From an uncultured Bacilli bacterium (GTDB lineage: Bacteria > Bacillota_I > Bacilli_A > RFN20 > CAG-288), in assembly GCA_944332485.1 (NCBI GenBank), contig CALVKB010000002.1, forward strand, positions 11,044 through 75,043: a stretch of 64,000 bases of DNA. Direction: 5' to 3'. Positions 7,007 through 16,842 of the stretch are shown here, piece after piece (the first letter of the stretch is position 1; every line of letters starts with the position of its first letter). The translations under genes were made by a program, and so were the position numbers. The notes under the pieces are model-generated. The model made no database searches. It was not told the DNA's origin and saw nothing but the letters and a program-made list of their open reading frames with translations.

Positions 7007-9920
7007 TTACCTTTCGAGGGGCTTTTTTAGTATTAGATTCACTTGAATCAGATTCATCATTATTCTCTTCTTCTTTGCTCTCTTCTGTATTTTCTTTTTT
7101 ACTTTTATCTTTCTTTTTACGTTTGAAAATGTTTCCTAAATATGGTCTATTTTTCTCGTTATTTTCTCTTTCTAAACGATTTAAATCATCTCTGAATAAA
7201 CTGAAGAAATAATCCAAACCTGTAGTCAATAAAGGCAAAGCGAAGACTAAAACAAAGAACATCAACCATGCAATCTTGTTCATCGTTGTGTAATCAAAAC
7301 CAACTAAGAATGAAGGCAATGTGAATGCACAAACGATTGTGGCTGCTAACATTGTGACAAATAATATCATTCGATAAATATTGAATGGAGTACATTGAAT
7401 GTAAAGCATACTCAATGATACAATCAACAAACCGAAAACTTCCAATGTTCTAACGCAATTATAACCAGTTTCAACACCGCCCAACTCAAAGAATCCGTTA
7501 ATATATAACAAACTGACACAACCGACCATAACCAACATCGCTATAGATCCTGGTAATGCTCTTAGAAGTGTGTTCTTCAAGAAATGACCTTTAATAAGAT
7601 TCTTGTTAGGTTGTAAAGCTAAGAAGAATGATGGAATACCAATTCCAAACACTTCCATCAAAATCAAGTTGCTTGGCTGGAATGGATAACTGACCATTTT
7701 ATTCGCCAAATTGATGATGATTATAAATAATGTCAAGCAAACGGTGAAGATAGTCTTCATCAAGAATAAAGATGAAGATCTTTGAACGTTATTGATAACC
7801 CTTCTACCTTCCTCAACAACTTTTGGCATACTGGCAAAATTACTATCAAGCAAGACTAAATGTGCGACATTTTTTGCTGCATCTGCACCAGCGGCCATAG
7901 CAATTGAACAATCAGAATTCTTCATGGCTAAGATATCATTGACACCATCACCAGTCATGGCAACAGTTTTACCATTTGCCTTAAGTGCTTGAACTAATGC
8001 TGCTTTTTGTTCAGGACTGACACGACCGAACACTGTGTATCTTGTTGCCAATTCCTTAGTTTCTTGAATGGAAACACCTTCCAAAGAAACACACTTATCA
8101 GCATCATTGACTCCACAGTTAGCTGCAATGTTACTAGCAGTATATGGATTATCACCGGAGATGATTTTAACGTCAACACCATTTTCATTAAACCATTTGA
8201 TAGTAGCAGGAGCTTCCTTACGGATATGATCCAACAAAATAAAGATTGCAATTGGTCTTGCAGAACCATCGAAACTTCCATCTTTGATGTAAGCTTCGGA
8301 TTTACAAAGCATCATAACACGATATCCAAGTTTCTGCCTTGTAGCGATCAATTTTTTAATCTCTTCATCATTACCTTTATAAACAAATTCCGGAGCACCT
8401 AATAAATATGTTCCGTTATTTTCAAATGAAACTGCTGAGAACTTTCTAGCACTTGAAAATGGGATGGTACTTATAGCACGGTATGTTGTTTTTAAAGGAT
8501 AATAATTTGCTAAAGCGATACTTGTTTGATTGGATTCCTCAAAGGAAGATAAATAGCTTCCCATGATGTCTTCCATCTTTTTGCTATTATCAAAGATAAC
8601 TACTTCACTAACTTTCATCGTACCATCGGTCAGTGTTCCAGTTTTATCTAAACACAGACAATTTGTACGTGCGAGCATTTCAATACAATATAACTCTTGA
8701 ACTAAGGTTTTTGATTTTGACAATCTTAAAATTCCAGCCGCTAAAGCCATGGAAGTTAAAAGGAACAAACCTGCAGGAATCATACCGACCAAGCTACCAG
8801 CGGTAGATGCGATAGCAACGGCAACCTTTCCAGTTTGACCCCATATTTCAGTGACATTAGCACTGCGGTAATTTATCCAAAATAAGATAATACCGATTGG
8901 AATAATGATTATGGATATAACTTTGATAATTCCGTTCAAACTTTTAACTAACTCACTTTTCGGTTTTGAATATTTTTTTGCTTGTTGTTGCAAAGCGTTG
9001 GCATAACAAAGAGAACCGACTCTTTCAACTTGACATGTACAAGAACCAGAGACAACGAATGATCCAGCTAAAACCATATCACCGACTTTCTTTTTAACAG
9101 CTAAACTTTCACCTGTCAAAAGTGATTCATTAACTTCGATTTGACCAAATTTAACAATTGCATCAGCACCGATTTGATTACCAGTTGAAAGTAACATTAT
9201 GTCATCCAAAACTAATTCTTCAGTTGGGATGTTCAACATTTCACCATCACGGATAACCTTGGCATTAGGTGCTGTAACCAATTTTAATTTATCGATTGTT
9301 TGTTTAGCTCTGACTTCTTGAATAATTCCGATGACAGTATTTGCAATAGCAATAATCATGAAAAAGCAATCTGATATCTTTCCAACAGAAAGCAAAGCGA
9401 CTGCTATTGCAAGCAAAAGAATATTGAAGAATGTGAATACATTCGTATATATAATTTTCCAGTAAGTTTTAGTTCCAGAATTTGGCTGTTTATTTGTTAA
9501 ATCGTCCTTAATTCTTTGTTCAACATCACTTTTCTTCAAGCCTATTTCAATTTCAGGAAGATATCTAACTGCATTTAAAAGCTTATTTTTCTCTTTGTTG
9601 GAAAGTTCCTCTTCACTTTCTTTCTTCTGTTTTTTTCTAGCGTTTTTCTCAAGTTTTCGCAAAACTTTCTCTTCCATCTCAGCTTTATTAGCTGCTAAAG
9701 AATCATCATTTGAATTGATGGTTTTATTTTTAACAGTTTTTGTTTTTGATAAACTACCTTTTTTATTCTTCTCTTTAGCCTCTTTCAAAGCTTTAGCAAT
9801 GTCCTCTTTACTCATAACTTGAGTGGATTTTATTTGACTTTGCTCCTGATTTTTCAAGTTTTGTTTAACTACTTTGACCTCGTTGGTACTTTCAGCAGAA
9901 TTGTTTGTTTTCTCTTCCAT
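6987..9920 (-). CDS. cation-transporting P-type ATPase (P2-type, PacL-like), paralog 1, with a ~150-aa K/E-rich N-terminal extension
   Basis: TGES, CLCLDKTGTLT, MTGDGVNDILAM. It overlaps the downstream paralog by 20 nt. Charged low-complexity tails at both termini. Confidence 0.9.
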   Translation of the reverse strand: MEEKTNNSAESTNEVKVVKQNLKNQEQSQIKSTQVMSKEDIAKALKEAKEKNKKGSLSKTKTVKNKTINSNDDSLAANKAEMEEKVLRKLEKNARKKQKKESEEELSNKEKNKLLNAVRYLPEIEIGLKKSDVEQRIKDDLTNKQPNSGTKTYWKIIYTNVFTFFNILLLAIAVALLSVGKISDCFFMIIAIANTVIGIIQEVRAKQTIDKLKLVTAPNAKVIRDGEMLNIPTEELVLDDIMLLSTGNQIGADAIVKFGQIEVNESLLTGESLAVKKKVGDMVLAGSFVVSGSCTCQVERVGSLCYANALQQQAKKYSKPKSELVKSLNGIIKVISIIIIPIGIILFWINYRSANVTEIWGQTGKVAVAIASTAGSLVGMIPAGLFLLTSMALAAGILRLSKSKTLVQELYCIEMLARTNCLCLDKTGTLTDGTMKVSEVVIFDNSKKMEDIMGSYLSSFEESNQTSIALANYYPLKTTYRAISTIPFSSARKFSAVSFENNGTYLLGAPEFVYKGNDEEIKKLIATRQKLGYRVMMLCKSEAYIKDGSFDGSARPIAIFILLDHIRKEAPATIKWFNENGVDVKIISGDNPYTASNIAANCGVNDADKCVSLEGVSIQETKELATRYTVFGRVSPEQKAALVQALKANGKTVAMTGDGVNDILAMKNSDCSIAMAAGADAAKNVAHLVLLDSNFASMPKVVEEGRRVINNVQRSSSLFLMKTIFTVCLTLFIIIINLANKMVSYPFQPSNLILMEVFGIGIPSFFLALQPNKNLIKGHFLKNTLLRALPGSIAMLVMVGCVSLLYINGFFELGGVETGYNCVRTLEVFGLLIVSLSMLYIQCTPFNIYRMILFVTMLAATIVCAFTLPSFLVGFDYTTMNKIAWLMFFVLVFALPLLTTGLDYFFSLFRDDLNRLERENNEKNRPYLGNIFKRKKKDKSKKENTEESKEEENNDESDSSESNTKKAPRKVNDAVHL

Positions 9921-10083
9921 AATAAATCTCCTGAATCGTGTGATTATTGTTCAATTTTCACTTATTTTATTATAAACAATAAGAATATTGTTTAAGTATT
10001 ATCAATAAAATAAAGCTTGTTTTTCATTTGATAATAATTGAACTTTAAATTTTGTAAAATAAATAAAGCTCAAGGTAAGGAAA

Positions 10084-10743
10084 ATGAGAAATCTAAGAAT
10101 TTGTTTTGATTCAACACTCGATAAAGATTTTATGGAAGGCGTGATTGATTCATTGAATTTCAATGGTCTTTCAAAAGAACTTTTCGTCATCTGTGGAGGT
10201 GGTAATAATTTTTATCTCACTTTGAAATTAAACAGCAAGAAAATTTATAAAGAAGAGATTGATTACTACAAATCAATACCTAACACTATCACTAAAGAAG
10301 AACCTTACTTTTTTGTTTGCTTAACTGAGATTAAAGCCAATGAAAACATCAAAAAACCTCAGTATTTTTTCTTGAATATGAAGGAGAAAAATTACTGTTT
10401 GAAACTTTTGATGGCTGGTAAATTGTACGTTGAAAATAAATCTTTGATAGGTAATTACTATTACTGCTCCCCTCGCTACACCGATATAATCGGTATGTTT
10501 CCGATGTTCTCCGATTACACAAAATTTCTTGGAATAATCGTCTGCAAAAAAGAAAATGTCAATTATATAAAAGAATTATTGAAAAATACCCCTTGTTTCA
10601 TAATGCTGCTTGTTCAAGAAGATTCTACATATGAAAGTGGGGTCAAACAAGCTTCAGTTTTAGCAAAATTTATCAAATCAAACAAACTTTTAAAAAATGT
10701 GAACTCATTACAAAATACCATCGTTGAAAATTACGATTTATAG
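10084..10743 (+). CDS. hypothetical cytoplasmic protein (219 aa)
   Basis: Intact ORF with RBS AAGGAAA, no recognisable motif; first gene of a tightly packed five-gene + strand operon. Confidence 0.5.
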   Translation: MRNLRICFDSTLDKDFMEGVIDSLNFNGLSKELFVICGGGNNFYLTLKLNSKKIYKEEIDYYKSIPNTITKEEPYFFVCLTEIKANENIKKPQYFFLNMKEKNYCLKLLMAGKLYVENKSLIGNYYYCSPRYTDIIGMFPMFSDYTKFLGIIVCKKENVNYIKELLKNTPCFIMLLVQEDSTYESGVKQASVLAKFIKSNKLLKNVNSLQNTIVENYDL

Positions 10744-10751
10744 GAGATTAT

Positions 10752-11498
10752 ATGGAAACTCTTTTGAAAGATTACTTAAGTAAAATTCGTGACGAAAATT
10801 CAAACTACTTCGCTGGAAGTGCCTGTTTCTTAATCGAATACCTCGAATTATCAAAAATCAAATACATGTTCAATAATATCACATTGCCATCATTGGATAA
10901 AACAAGATATTATGTATTAAATATGATCGATGAAGATAGTAAATTATTCGATTTAACATCTTCAAATAATAAAGATAAGATGGTTGAAGATTATCAAATT
11001 GTAACATCATCAGTTGATAATATTCTAGGGCTGTATAATTCCTGCAAAGAATGTTCTACTATCATTAACAACTACCCTTATCTTTTGGAAGCTAATATCT
11101 ATTTGAAATCCCTTATCAACGATTCTTTACTTGAACATCCATATGATCTTAGCGACATTTCAGTCAACATTGATTTACCTTGCTTCACAACTGATGTGAC
11201 AAAATTAACAAAAAAGTATATCGCTTTAACTACCATAGCATTATTTGAAAAACTCGTAAAAAGAAAAAGAAGATTTAAAAATGTCGATAACTTACCTTTA
11301 GATGAAACACTGATATTGACTGATAAAATCTTAACTAATAGCAGTTATACAACTGAAGAACTTAACAAATTGAAAAAATATCTTTTGATAATTCAAGGAA
11401 AGATAAAATCATCTATTAAGAAAGATTATCTTCTCTGCTACAAAATCTTAAAACAAATCTTACAGGAGGAAGAATACAATGCACAATTATTTTTCTAA
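10752..11498 (+). CDS. hypothetical cytoplasmic protein (248 aa)
   Basis: Intact ORF with RBS TAGGAGA; no recognisable motif. Confidence 0.5.
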   Translation: METLLKDYLSKIRDENSNYFAGSACFLIEYLELSKIKYMFNNITLPSLDKTRYYVLNMIDEDSKLFDLTSSNNKDKMVEDYQIVTSSVDNILGLYNSCKECSTIINNYPYLLEANIYLKSLINDSLLEHPYDLSDISVNIDLPCFTTDVTKLTKKYIALTTIALFEKLVKRKRRFKNVDNLPLDETLILTDKILTNSSYTTEELNKLKKYLLIIQGKIKSSIKKDYLLCYKILKQILQEEEYNAQLFF

Positions 11499-11814
11499 AT
11501 TTGAAACATTGATCGATTTACAAAACTCAAAATACGCTCAAGCTTATCGTTATAAAAATAACACTTTTTACATTGAAAACAATTTCAATGAAGTTTTCAC
11601 CAGATTAGAAAAGATCCTTCCTGAAGAATTTGAATTAATTAAGAAGGAACTATTCAATCAGATTGAAAAAAACAAATTAGTTGTATTTTGTATAAATGAA
11701 GAATACACTCCAATATACAGACCAGATGCAATATTTTTGACATTGATTGATTTAGCGAATAAAGTCAACGTCGATATTGAAAACAAATCTCGTGGAAGCG
11801 ATTATGGCGACTAG
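11479..11814 (+). CDS. hypothetical protein (111 aa)
   Basis: Intact ORF with RBS CAGGAGGAAG; overlaps both neighbours. Confidence 0.45.
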   Translation: MHNYFSKFETLIDLQNSKYAQAYRYKNNTFYIENNFNEVFTRLEKILPEEFELIKKELFNQIEKNKLVVFCINEEYTPIYRPDAIFLTLIDLANKVNVDIENKSRGSDYGD

Positions 11815-13306
11815 AAAAACTTTTAAAAAAGTTACTGTTTGTATATTACTATCTTTCACTTTGCAAAGTTGTTCTCTTTTTGATAAACAAGTTTTAGTTG
11901 ATATTCCGCAGGATGTTTTAAATTTACCATTAAAACAAGCCAAACAAGAAAATCTGCTTGAAAACGAATTTAATCCAACAACTGTCGATAATAAGCTGTA
12001 TAACAAAATTAAGGATTCAAATGAAATCTTGGTTTTACCATATGAATATTTAGAACAAACTGCACCAATAAATTCATATTCAGCTATAAACTTTGCTTTC
12101 AATTCACAAACCGAAATATACGTTGGAGTAAAGCCGTATTTTCAAAACACATCAAACAATTTAAACTTAGATTTTAAAATTGCTACTGATGCAAATAACA
12201 ATTATTATAATTCTAATTTTAAATTTGTTGAAACCGCACAGAAATTTATTGATGATAATAAATCCGATTTACTTTTAACTTATTTAATTTATGATGGTTT
12301 GAACAATTACAAAACTTTAACCAATACTAACTTAGAAGAACTATACGATTCAAATAATGATGGATATATCGATTCAATCTTCTTCACGCCTTTTTTAAAT
12401 CATTTTTCAAAATCCACATTTTCTGAAACTTTGAAAAATCTTTTAACTTCTAAAACATTCACTTACACACCAACTCAAGCCGATCAAATCAAATCTGAAA
12501 TAGAAGAATACACAAATAGAACTTTCGATTTCACAATCTCTACTGCCTCCTTTTCTTCGTTTTATTATTTAACTGAAGTTAATGATTTGTATAGGGTGAA
12601 TGGTCTCTCCTGTTACAATCATCAATTTATCTATGAAATTGCCAGACAATTCAATATGTCGAATTTACAAGGAAACGATAAAACAAATCCGCTTGGCATG
12701 AACTTTTTATCCTCTGGGATGGTTGGAGATATCGATGCATTCAATAAAATTAAAATGGGTTTAACAACTCCCTATATTATCAACAGTGAAGGCAAGTATG
12801 AATTGAAACAAGATTCAAATTACGTATATTTAATTCCAAAAAAACTCAACTACAATATCAATTCAATTTACGATGAGTATCTTTTAATCACATATTACGA
12901 TGGAATGAAAAATCCAAATATTCATAAAGACACTGGATTTTACTCAAATTATGTGCTGAATAACAAATCTGGGTTCATCGTATTTGCCTGTGACAATAGA
13001 CTCCAATATTTAAAGAACAATCTTTATCAAACCTTAAATACTCAAACAGATAATTACGATCCAAACACAGAATATGTCAATGTTACTTCACAGAAAGTTG
13101 AAAATAAAAATTACTTGGTTCAAATTCTAGATGAAAATAACGACAACTCTATTCTTAAAAATGGCATAATTAAAGACTCTGATTTCTTCATTGATAGAAC
13201 ATCTTTGTTTGTAAATACATTCACTAATTTTACATTTTCAACTGAAATTGACTACAAATTGTACTTTCAAGAAGCAAACGAAATATTTTATTTATACTTA
13301 AAATAA
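11804..13306 (+). CDS. lipoprotein, catalytically degenerate paralog of the downstream M6-like metalloprotease lipoprotein
   Basis: Start revised to MATRKTFKK...LSFTLQSCSLF (lipobox). It shares the DSNNDGYIDSIFF motif with the next gene, but the zinc motif is degenerate (FIYEIARQF versus FIHETGHML). Confidence 0.6.
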   Translation: MATRKTFKKVTVCILLSFTLQSCSLFDKQVLVDIPQDVLNLPLKQAKQENLLENEFNPTTVDNKLYNKIKDSNEILVLPYEYLEQTAPINSYSAINFAFNSQTEIYVGVKPYFQNTSNNLNLDFKIATDANNNYYNSNFKFVETAQKFIDDNKSDLLLTYLIYDGLNNYKTLTNTNLEELYDSNNDGYIDSIFFTPFLNHFSKSTFSETLKNLLTSKTFTYTPTQADQIKSEIEEYTNRTFDFTISTASFSSFYYLTEVNDLYRVNGLSCYNHQFIYEIARQFNMSNLQGNDKTNPLGMNFLSSGMVGDIDAFNKIKMGLTTPYIINSEGKYELKQDSNYVYLIPKKLNYNINSIYDEYLLITYYDGMKNPNIHKDTGFYSNYVLNNKSGFIVFACDNRLQYLKNNLYQTLNTQTDNYDPNTEYVNVTSQKVENKNYLVQILDENNDNSILKNGIIKDSDFFIDRTSLFVNTFTNFTFSTEIDYKLYFQEANEIFYLYLK

Positions 13307-13343
13307 AACATTAGTAAAATATATCTACCTGGAGGAAGATACT

Positions 13344-15044
13344 ATGAAGAAAAAAATAATCAAATCTTTTTTCACTCTTGGAATATTAATTTCTGCCTGT
13401 TCAACAACAAGTTGTTCTTTTATTGCTCAAATACTTTCTGATATTTCAGCAAACAACTCATTCAGCAGCAATGATAATTCTTATGTAAAAACAACACATA
13501 ACAGATCGAGTTATTCAAAAACTGGAGTTTACAATGCAAATTTACCAACCGCACCTAACTCCTATAATTTGAGTGATATAAAATACAAAGGAAATTATTT
13601 AACAAATCATGATCTTGGATTGATGAACGATTTAAATTACGCACCATCAACAGGAGACACAAGATTTTTAGTAGTTCCAGTTATTTTCAATCAATCAACC
13701 AATTATCAAGGTGATTACTCCCAAAATTTCGTCTCTAAATTGGATGATGTCTTTTTCAGTGAGACATCTATAACTGACAACTGGGAATCAGTTCATTCAT
13801 TCTATGATAAATCCAGTTATGGATTATTAAATATCAATGGTGAAGTTGCAGAACCGTATTATATAAACAAATCATTTGATGAAGTTGTGCGTTCATTCAG
13901 AAATGAAAACGATGCGTACAATTATGTTTCAAGCTTAGTCAACACTATTGCTAAAAAATATAAGAGTCAAGTATCCAACTTTGATTCAAACGATGATGGT
14001 TGCTTTGATGGCATATGGTTAGTTTACAATGTCAATGATTATTACAATCAAAGAAGAGAATATTCAAACTATGATGCTGATATTCTCTGGGCCTACACAT
14101 CATATAACACCGCTGACTCATTAGCTCCTATTTATGCTTGGGCAAGTTACGATTTTATGCAACACACAAGTGAATCGACATCAGGTGCAATAAAAACATA
14201 TACAAAAGATGCTCACACTTTCATTCATGAAACTGGTCATATGTTAGGATTAGATGACTACTACAATTACGATTCAACAGCTGAAGCATATAACTCACCT
14301 GTTGGTGGTCAATCGATGATGGATGCCAATATCGGAGATATGGATCCACATAGTAAGTTTTTACTTGATTGGATCAATCCAAAAGTTGTAAACAGCGTTG
14401 GTCGTTTTACTTTGAAATCATTCTCTGAAACAGGTCAAACTGTCATCATTCCAAGTACAGCTGGTTTTGATAATACTGTTTTTGATGAGTATTTGATGTT
14501 GGCTGTCTATGATCCAAGTGATGAATTGCAAAAGGAAGATTCAACTTACGTTTATGAAGGTGTTTCTTTACCAACTGAAAGAGGCTTACAAGTTTTCTAT
14601 GTTAACTCCAAATTAGGTTTGATCAAAGAAGCTGTTTACGGTAATGATTTGTATTACATCAATGCATCATATTTGGATTCATCTGATATTACTGACACGT
14701 TAGTTAAATCCAACAATATGGTACAAATTATCAATTCCAATTCACCAAGCTGGTCCTACAATCCACCAATTTCAAATCTTCAAGAGAATGTAAATAAACT
14801 TGAACTTATCTCAAAAGATTACAATATCCGTAGTTCATCTTACGCTCAATATTCTAATTTAAATAATGCTTATGCATATCCAAGTTATGCAAACAGCGAT
14901 CTTTACCAAAAAAATGATAGTTTCATGTCTTTGAAAGTTGGTAGAAGAAAGAATGTATTCTCATTTGGTGAAATTGCCTATAGTTTCAGTGTCGTTGATG
15001 ATGATGGTGAAACCATGACAATTGAAGTGACACAAGTATCTTAA
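13344..15044 (+). CDS. lipoprotein zinc metalloprotease (HEXXH, M6/M64-like)
   Basis: Signal peptide + lipobox (LISACSTTSC); FIHETGHMLGLDDYYNYD resembles the InhA/M6 HEYGHNLGLPDEY and M64 HEXXHXXGXXDEY motifs. Confidence 0.6.
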   Translation: MKKKIIKSFFTLGILISACSTTSCSFIAQILSDISANNSFSSNDNSYVKTTHNRSSYSKTGVYNANLPTAPNSYNLSDIKYKGNYLTNHDLGLMNDLNYAPSTGDTRFLVVPVIFNQSTNYQGDYSQNFVSKLDDVFFSETSITDNWESVHSFYDKSSYGLLNINGEVAEPYYINKSFDEVVRSFRNENDAYNYVSSLVNTIAKKYKSQVSNFDSNDDGCFDGIWLVYNVNDYYNQRREYSNYDADILWAYTSYNTADSLAPIYAWASYDFMQHTSESTSGAIKTYTKDAHTFIHETGHMLGLDDYYNYDSTAEAYNSPVGGQSMMDANIGDMDPHSKFLLDWINPKVVNSVGRFTLKSFSETGQTVIIPSTAGFDNTVFDEYLMLAVYDPSDELQKEDSTYVYEGVSLPTERGLQVFYVNSKLGLIKEAVYGNDLYYINASYLDSSDITDTLVKSNNMVQIINSNSPSWSYNPPISNLQENVNKLELISKDYNIRSSSYAQYSNLNNAYAYPSYANSDLYQKNDSFMSLKVGRRKNVFSFGEIAYSFSVVDDDGETMTIEVTQVS

Positions 15045-15145
15045 TAAAAAATATTAAATAATTTATTAAAATAACTCAGATTCACTGAGAGGTACCCCAA
15101 ATCCTAGACATTAGGAAAGGGGTACATTTCACGACTCTGATTTTT

Positions 15146-15940
15146 TTATACTTCAGCAATGATATATGAATAATTATCTTTAGATTTTAACTTGAAAATA
15201 TAATCTTCTAATTTTTGAGCAATATGAGATAACTTTCTATATTTGAAACATCTTCTCAAACTGGTCAATTTTACAAAATCACTCACTCCATCGGAGCAGA
15301 TGAATATATATTTTAGTTTATCTTTCATCTCTTTTATATTATATACAAAACTGTGAATTTTCTCTTCGTTGAAGTGCTCATTTCCTAATGCATTGAAAAT
15401 GATATTCTTGTTATATGGCATTTTCTCAATATCGCTTCTTTTTATGATATTCTTTGAGAAAAGATAATTAGCCAAACTATCGTCGTAACTTATCTGTTCG
15501 ACTGGGTTATTTTCATAAACAAAATAAACTCTCGAATCACCAACGTTGAAAACATATATATAATTTTTTAAAAATAGAACACCTGCTATTGTTGTTCCTG
15601 AGAATCTGCTTTGTTCCAAATTACAAAGTTTGTTTGATATGTATTCATTGCAATTTATAATAAATTGATTGATCTCCTCCAAACTTTTGTACTTCATCAT
15701 CTTTTCATAATTCATCAAGGAAAAATCACCACCGTAACTTGAAGCAAGCTCTCCATATTTTTCACCACCCATACCATCCAAAATGGCGAGATAGTTGAAA
15801 TCTTCACTATAAAGAACAGTGTTTATTTCATCTTTAAATAAAAGATTATTAACAACTACACAATCTTCATTTTTGTTTCTTACAAAACCTTTCGATGTTC
15901 TAATTGTCGCTTTTTTCATAAAATTCGCTTGTCGTTCCAA
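15146..15940 (-). CDS. PP2C-family serine/threonine protein phosphatase
   Basis: Motifs RNKNEDCVVV, ILDGMGGEKYGELAS, FICSDGVSDF and a C-terminal DN motif. It overlaps the end of fruK. Confidence 0.8.
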   Translation of the reverse strand: MERQANFMKKATIRTSKGFVRNKNEDCVVVNNLLFKDEINTVLYSEDFNYLAILDGMGGEKYGELASSYGGDFSLMNYEKMMKYKSLEEINQFIINCNEYISNKLCNLEQSRFSGTTIAGVLFLKNYIYVFNVGDSRVYFVYENNPVEQISYDDSLANYLFSKNIIKRSDIEKMPYNKNIIFNALGNEHFNEEKIHSFVYNIKEMKDKLKYIFICSDGVSDFVKLTSLRRCFKYRKLSHIAQKLEDYIFKLKSKDNYSYIIAEV

Positions 15941-16839
15941 ACTTTGAACATCTTTAAACTATCTTTGAAGCATTGTTCTAAATCCACGTTTTCAAGTACT
16001 GCACGATCTTTAGTTATATTTTTTAAAATCATAGCTAAGATCGCATCCCCATTACCGTATTCACATTTCAATTTCTCTATTTGTTCAACATCAATTTTCT
16101 TAAATGAATTTGAAGTTGTTAAACTGTAAAAGCAAGCTTCGGCACCATTCGTTATGAAGAAATTTGTACGTTTGAGAATATTCTTATCAAAGATATTATT
16201 AAGAATATTAAGTAACTCTTGGTCATTCTTATTTTCCTTTGATAAGTCGTAGGCTTTCAAAATTTCATCCATATTAACTTTGACTAAAAATGGTGTTGTA
16301 TCCTCAATTATGTCTTTCAAGCAATAATTGGTGTCGACGATCACATCGCATTTATTTTTCACATATTTACATGTTTTATAAATTAAATCTGGTTTCTCAC
16401 AACTTCCTGTTAAAACCAAAATATCCTCTTTTTTAATACTGAGTTCATCTATCGATTTTTTCACAATTGAAAAATCGATTGTGAAAGGTTTTTGATTTAT
16501 CTCAAAGAGAAATTTTCTATCACAATTTCTAATTTTATAATTACATCTTATATCAGTTATATCATCGATTTTGACACACTTGAAAGTTTCCTCAACTTTC
16601 TGTTTTGAATATTTATCTATCAATTTTTCCTTGTATGATAATTTGTAATTATCAAAAATCAAAGTTTTGAATTCACCATATAAATCGTATAAAACATTTG
16701 ATACATTGATAGCTTTTCCACCTAAACAGACCTTTTTATCTGTGTAAATATTTGGAAACAAAGAAGATGTTGATAAATTTTGCTCACTGAGTGTTATATC
16801 AATGTCTAAACAACTGGAAAATCCAACGATGTAAATCAT
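15916..16839 (-). CDS. fruK: PfkB-family sugar kinase, 1-phosphofructokinase / tagatose-6-P kinase-like
   Basis: N-terminus MIYIVGFSSCLDIDITL (FruK/LacC start MIYTVTLNPSIDY), CLGGKAINVS (GGKGxN) and C-terminal GNGDAILAMIL (GAGD). Confidence 0.7.
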   Translation of the reverse strand: MIYIVGFSSCLDIDITLSEQNLSTSSLFPNIYTDKKVCLGGKAINVSNVLYDLYGEFKTLIFDNYKLSYKEKLIDKYSKQKVEETFKCVKIDDITDIRCNYKIRNCDRKFLFEINQKPFTIDFSIVKKSIDELSIKKEDILVLTGSCEKPDLIYKTCKYVKNKCDVIVDTNYCLKDIIEDTTPFLVKVNMDEILKAYDLSKENKNDQELLNILNNIFDKNILKRTNFFITNGAEACFYSLTTSNSFKKIDVEQIEKLKCEYGNGDAILAMILKNITKDRAVLENVDLEQCFKDSLKMFKVWNDKRIL

Positions 16840-16842
16840 ATA

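Noticed and set aside
7792-8402. Antisense ORFs (66-131 aa) nested inside the P-type ATPase genes; similar ones occur at 5736-5921 and 6372-6578
   Set aside because: They lie entirely within the well-supported ATPase coding regions on the opposite strand or in an off frame, with low-complexity translations and no RBS. They are typical spurious ORFs.
9921-10083. Mg2+ (M-box) riboswitch upstream of the P-type ATPase
   Set aside because: The intergenic region is only ~160 nt and also holds a divergent promoter. No M-box conserved stems are visible.
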